A stretch of DNA of 64,000 nt from Patescibacteria group bacterium. Its GTDB lineage: Bacteria; Patescibacteriota; Saccharimonadia; Saccharimonadales; UBA4665. The first letter of the stretch is position 1. The number at the start of each line of letters is the position of its first letter. Of this stretch, positions 61,006 through 64,000 are shown piece after piece. A program made the position numbers and the translations under genes. A model generated the notes under the pieces. The model searched no databases. It had not been told where the DNA came from and saw nothing but the letters and a program-made list of their open reading frames with translations. The stretch spans positions 37,342 to 101,341 of the forward strand of contig JBBTTE010000004.1 in the NCBI GenBank assembly GCA_038064395.1, in the 5' to 3' direction.

Positions 61006-62168
61006 GTACCATAGTTCTAACTGGCGGCGGATCAGGCGGACACATTACGCCGCTCTTAGCCATAGCTACAGAACTAAAGCGTCTCGAGCCCGACACTAAG
61101 ATTGTCTACATCGGTCAGCGCGGTGATAACCTCGGTGATATACCTGCTGCACACAAAGCAATTGATCAGGTTCTGACTGTCAGAGCTGGTAAGTTTCGGC
61201 GCTATCATGGCGAAAGCTTACTTAGGCAATTGCTCGACGTTCCGACTATGTTCAAGAATATACGCGACCTCTTCTATGTCTTGATCGGTACCGTACAGAG
61301 TTGGCGCTTACTACGCGAGTTACGACCACAAGTGATATTCATTAAGGGCGGCTTCGTCGGGGTGCCGGTTGGCTTGGCTGCTGCTGCGCTGAATATTCCA
61401 TATGTCACGCATGATTCTGACGCTATACCAGGGCTAGCTAACCGTATTATCAGTCCCTGGGCTGATAAGCATGCCGTTGCGCTCCCGATAGACAATTACA
61501 AATACCCATCGTCCAAAGCTGTAATGACTGGTATTCCGTTGCAGGCCGACTTCAAGCCAGTTGCAGATGACCTTAAGCAAAAGTATCGGGAGTCACTCAA
61601 GTTGCCAGCCGCTGCCAAGGTGCTGTTTATCATTGGTGGTGGCCTGGGGTCACAGCGCGTTAATCAAGCTGTTGGAGAGGCTGTGCCACATCTGTTACAT
61701 GAGTTCCGGGACCTGTATGTTATTCACGCCGTAGGTCGAGCAAATCAGACCGATATGAAGCAGCTTTATGCCAAGCTACCTGAGGCAGAGCAGGGGAGGC
61801 TACAGGTGCACGACTACCTCAACGATGTCTATCGCTACAGTGGTGCCGCCGATGTAATTATAACTAGGGCAGGGGCGACTAATCTGGCCGAATTCGCACT
61901 GCAGGGTAAGGCTTGTATAGTTGTGCCTAGTCCGTTCTTGGCAGGTGGTCATCAACTCAAGAACGCCCAGTATTTATCTGACAAAGGCGCCGCCGTGGTG
62001 CTGGACGAAACCGACCTAGCCAACGACCCCAACAGATTAGCCAAACAAGTCAGTGATCTGCTCAGTGATCCCAAGGAGCGCCAAAGCCTGGGCGCTGAGC
62101 TATCCAAGTTCGCTAAGCCCAATGCAACTCAAGAGCTGGCTCAATTAATCTTAGAGCAGAAGGCATGA
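61002..62168 (+). CDS. murG: undecaprenyldiphospho-muramoylpentapeptide beta-N-acetylglucosaminyltransferase
   Basis: LTGGGSGGHITPLLAIA and ITRAGATNLAEF are present. Confidence 0.93.
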   Translation: MSTIVLTGGGSGGHITPLLAIATELKRLEPDTKIVYIGQRGDNLGDIPAAHKAIDQVLTVRAGKFRRYHGESLLRQLLDVPTMFKNIRDLFYVLIGTVQSWRLLRELRPQVIFIKGGFVGVPVGLAAAALNIPYVTHDSDAIPGLANRIISPWADKHAVALPIDNYKYPSSKAVMTGIPLQADFKPVADDLKQKYRESLKLPAAAKVLFIIGGGLGSQRVNQAVGEAVPHLLHEFRDLYVIHAVGRANQTDMKQLYAKLPEAEQGRLQVHDYLNDVYRYSGAADVIITRAGATNLAEFALQGKACIVVPSPFLAGGHQLKNAQYLSDKGAAVVLDETDLANDPNRLAKQVSDLLSDPKERQSLGAELSKFAKPNATQELAQLILEQKA

Positions 62169-63091
62169 GATTACGCCGTAGCCAGCCCCAAACTCGTCGC
62201 CAAAGGCTCCAGAGCGAAGAACCAAGCCGACCATCAAGCAGTTTTTCTTATCGTTCCCGTAGATCTGATAGATCACGCGAAAATGGACGTCAGAAGCAGT
62301 ACGAGAACACGAAGCGGCAGACCGCCAGACTAGGCCGTTACTGGTTGCAGCGTTTCGGTCTGTTGGCCTTGTTATTGGCTATTATTGTCTCGGCTTTTAA
62401 CGTCCTGAGTCTTTCTACTAATGCCCGCGTCTTACCACTTACAACCGATAGTAGCCGTTCGTTCTTACGATCGACTGAGGACTATGAGGCAGCCGCCAGC
62501 AAACTACTTGGCTCATCACTGTGGAATCACAACAAAGTAACAGTCAATACGGCGCAGATTAGCGGTGCTATGCTCAAGCAGTTCCCAGAATTAACAGATG
62601 TAACTGTGACAGTACCGCTGTTCTCGCACAGGCCAATAGTGTATGTTGAGCCTGCCCAGCCGGCTCTGATATTGGTGGCCAAGAATGGCTCGTTTGTCGT
62701 TGATAACAAAGGCAAAGCCCTGCTACTAGGCAGTAGCCCAGCCTCTCTTAATCAGCCCAAGCTACCTGTTATCAATGATCAAGGCGGACTTACCATTAAG
62801 CTGAACCGCCAAGCCCTATCTGCGGCCAATGTCGACTTCATACAAACTGTACTAGGCCAGCTGAATGCTAAGAAGCTGGCGATAACAGGTATGACGCTAC
62901 CTGCAGCTACCAGTGAGCTAGATGTCGTGGTTGCAGGGCAGCCCTTCGTAGCGAAGTTCAATCTCCAGAGCAATAACGCAAGAGGGCAGGCAGGTACTCT
63001 ACTGGCTACGCTAGATACTCTCAAGAAGCAGAACATAGTACCGACTAAGTACATCGACGTGCGGGTCGATGGCCGCGCGTATTACCAATAG
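62165..63091 (+). CDS. ftsQ: cell division protein FtsQ/DivIB-like with Arg/Ser-rich N-terminal extension
   Basis: The position after murG, a single TM helix (FGLLALLLAIIVSAF) and a POTRA-like extracytoplasmic domain support the call. Confidence 0.7.
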   Translation: MRLRRSQPQTRRQRLQSEEPSRPSSSFSYRSRRSDRSRENGRQKQYENTKRQTARLGRYWLQRFGLLALLLAIIVSAFNVLSLSTNARVLPLTTDSSRSFLRSTEDYEAAASKLLGSSLWNHNKVTVNTAQISGAMLKQFPELTDVTVTVPLFSHRPIVYVEPAQPALILVAKNGSFVVDNKGKALLLGSSPASLNQPKLPVINDQGGLTIKLNRQALSAANVDFIQTVLGQLNAKKLAITGMTLPAATSELDVVVAGQPFVAKFNLQSNNARGQAGTLLATLDTLKKQNIVPTKYIDVRVDGRAYYQ

Positions 63092-63113
63092 TCCCCCTGT
63101 TCTACTACCCCGC

Positions 63114-63128
63114 TTGTTCGTATTTTGT
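63114..63128 (+). repeat. left copy of the exact 15-bp direct repeat TTGTTCGTATTTTGT
   Basis: It is identical to 63673-63687. Confidence 0.85.
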
Positions 63129-63137
63129 TCGGCATTC

Positions 63138-63177
63138 TTATATCTTCGTAATATCAAAAAAACTATATAAACATATC
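63138..63177. repeat. weak phased ATAT array (family copy E)
   Basis: ATAT cores start at 63140, 63151 and 63173 on an 11-bp lattice. CTATATAA at 63163-63170 is slightly off-phase. Confidence 0.4.
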
Positions 63178-63322
63178 ACAATGCCAAAAAGTCAAATTTT
63201 TGCAAAATTGTCGGACGTGCAGGGAAGTTAAATATTTATAACAATATGGCGAAAAAGCAATAGTTTCACGGCAATACTGTGGAAAAGTCAAATAGTGCTA
63301 CAAATCACATTCAAGCACTAGG

Positions 63323-63368
63323 CCTATATAGGGGGCTATATAGTGGCATGATCTATATGAAGGCATAG
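63323..63368. repeat. cluster of CTATATAG palindromes (family copy D, imperfect phasing)
   Basis: CCTATATAG lies at 63323-63331, GCTATATAG at 63335-63343 and TCTATATGA at 63352-63360. The spacings are 12 and 17 bp. Confidence 0.45.
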
Positions 63369-63672
63369 AGCGCCGGCGTAGTGCAGCGTTAAACAGCAAA
63401 CGTGCAAATCGTAGCCGTAACCCCTAAATACTTCCCTACAGCAGGGGTACACGAACTCATCTATTAATCAGATATGCGAGTCGCAAAATATACATTGTGC
63501 GACACGATGTCTATAGCTCGAACTTGCAACCTAACCCGCCCGCACTCACTGATTTATTTATCGCCTGCGCGTTTTTGGTTTGATAATTTTGTCGCGTGCC
63601 TGCTCCACTGCCATAGTCCTGCTACATTGCCGTACTTCACAAATGCCTATCCAACAATCACCCACACTATGT

Positions 63673-63687
63673 TTGTTCGTATTTTGT
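63673..63687 (+). repeat. right copy of the exact 15-bp direct repeat TTGTTCGTATTTTGT
   Basis: It is identical to 63114-63128. Confidence 0.85.
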
Positions 63688-63699
63688 ACAGTTTATATA

Positions 63700-63981
63700 T
63701 TATTGATGACGAGCCAGCTGCTCAATAAATACAGCTGCCTTCTCGAGCTTCTTACGGGCTTTCTGGGTGTGAGGAGTTAGCCGAACATTCTCTGATTCTT
63801 GGATATAGCTCTCCTTGCCGAACTTGGTCGATAAACTGTCTTCTCCGTGGAGCTTTGGCTTTCCTAGATAAAGCGTGTGTCGCTTGCTTTGGCCGTTGAC
63901 CGTGATTTCGAAGAAGGCTTGGTTGGCTTGCAAGAAGTAAAGTTGTCTTTGGCGGCGGTCTTCGTAGCCATTTGCAGACAT
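63700..63981 (-). CDS. hypothetical 93-aa basic protein
   Basis: Complete ORF running from the ATG at 63981 to its stop at 63700. No family was recognised. It lies next to the window edge. Confidence 0.4.
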   Translation of the reverse strand: MSANGYEDRRQRQLYFLQANQAFFEITVNGQSKRHTLYLGKPKLHGEDSLSTKFGKESYIQESENVRLTPHTQKARKKLEKAAVFIEQLARHQ

Positions 63982-64000
63982 TCTTCCGATTGTAGGAATC

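Noticed and set aside
449-62715. Many 60-110 aa ORFs antisense to or out of frame within the large genes, for example 449-703(-), 2641-2952(+), 7281-7523(+), 24224-24406(-), 39430-39929(+), 52203-52565(-) and 52332-52610(+).
   Set aside because: All lie entirely inside longer ORFs that have clear family motifs. Their products are low-complexity (Ser/Arg/Leu/Cys-rich) and they lack start-site signals. They are shadow ORFs.
63365-63450. A tRNA-like or tmRNA-like gene in the island after ftsQ (GCGCCGGCGTAGTGCAGCG..., and GCAAACGTGCAAATCGTAGCCGTAA as a possible tag ORF).
   Set aside because: There is no GTTCRANYC T-loop, no acceptor-stem complementarity and no CCA-proximal structure. None of the reading frames gives a typical Ala-rich ssrA tag ending.
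63474-63780. ORFs 63474-63728 and 63580-63780 on the plus strand in the AT-rich island.
   Set aside because: They overlap each other. Their products are Cys/His/Leu-rich with no coding-like composition, and they have no promoter or SD context. They are treated as non-coding.
1-64000. A prophage, integrative element, transposon or plasmid-derived segment.
   Set aside because: No integrase, transposase, recombinase, or phage structural or replication genes were recognised. The only mobility-like signal is the 15-bp direct repeat pair at 63114 and 63673, which is reported as a finding.
1-64000. An alternative genetic code (UGA as a sense codon), as in some candidate phyla.
   Set aside because: Conserved genes end at TGA with normal C-termini (rseP, hpf, xseB). 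An intact RF2 gene is present. No conserved protein requires read-through.

Overview
The window is a gene-dense bacterial chromosome segment with about 71 CDS on both strands and roughly 90 percent coding. It uses the standard genetic code: TGA, TAA and TAG all terminate recognisable genes, and both RF1 and RF2 are encoded. Content is mostly housekeeping. Translation genes are rpsB, tsf, frr, rpmE, rpmA, prfA, prfB, prmC, hpf, greA, serS, proS, glyQS and a class I lysyl-tRNA synthetase. Secretion, division and envelope genes are secA, ftsE, ftsX, a CHAP hydrolase, an S41 protease, LCP, a YkuD transpeptidase, rseP and a reduced dcw cluster (mraZ-rsmH-ftsL-ftsI-mraY-ftsW-murG-ftsQ). A few metabolic and repair genes are present: serC, serA, a proB-like kinase, pyrG, msrA, xseAB and recO. 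About a dozen lineage-specific orphan genes are inserted into otherwise conserved gene orders. The class I LysRS, INS-less ProRS, short EF-Ts, Gram-positive-type wall enzymes, stripped-down dcw cluster and many orphans suggest a reduced-genome Patescibacteria/CPR organism, possibly Saccharibacteria-like. That placement is inference only. I found no rRNA, tRNA, CRISPR array, transposase or integrase. The most notable signals come from direct reading of the sequence. (1) A dispersed family of intergenic palindromic arrays has ATAT cores on an exact 11-bp lattice (3247-3306, 21759-21823, 32619-32710, with weaker copies at 63138-63177 and 63323-63368). (2) At least 17 genes have a -10 element, often extended TGnTAnnnT, ending 6-8 nt before the ATG, which implies leaderless mRNAs. 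(3) An adjacent histidine-kinase-like and receiver-like gene pair has Glu in place of both phospho-accepting residues (His and Asp). (4) A 544-bp AT-rich non-coding island after ftsQ is bracketed by an exact 15-bp direct repeat. (5) Orphan genes interrupt the rpsB-tsf-(pyrH)-frr and hpf-secA-prfB-ftsEX-ctp neighbourhoods, and several carry the best promoter matches in the window. All family assignments come from motif recognition by eye, with no database search.
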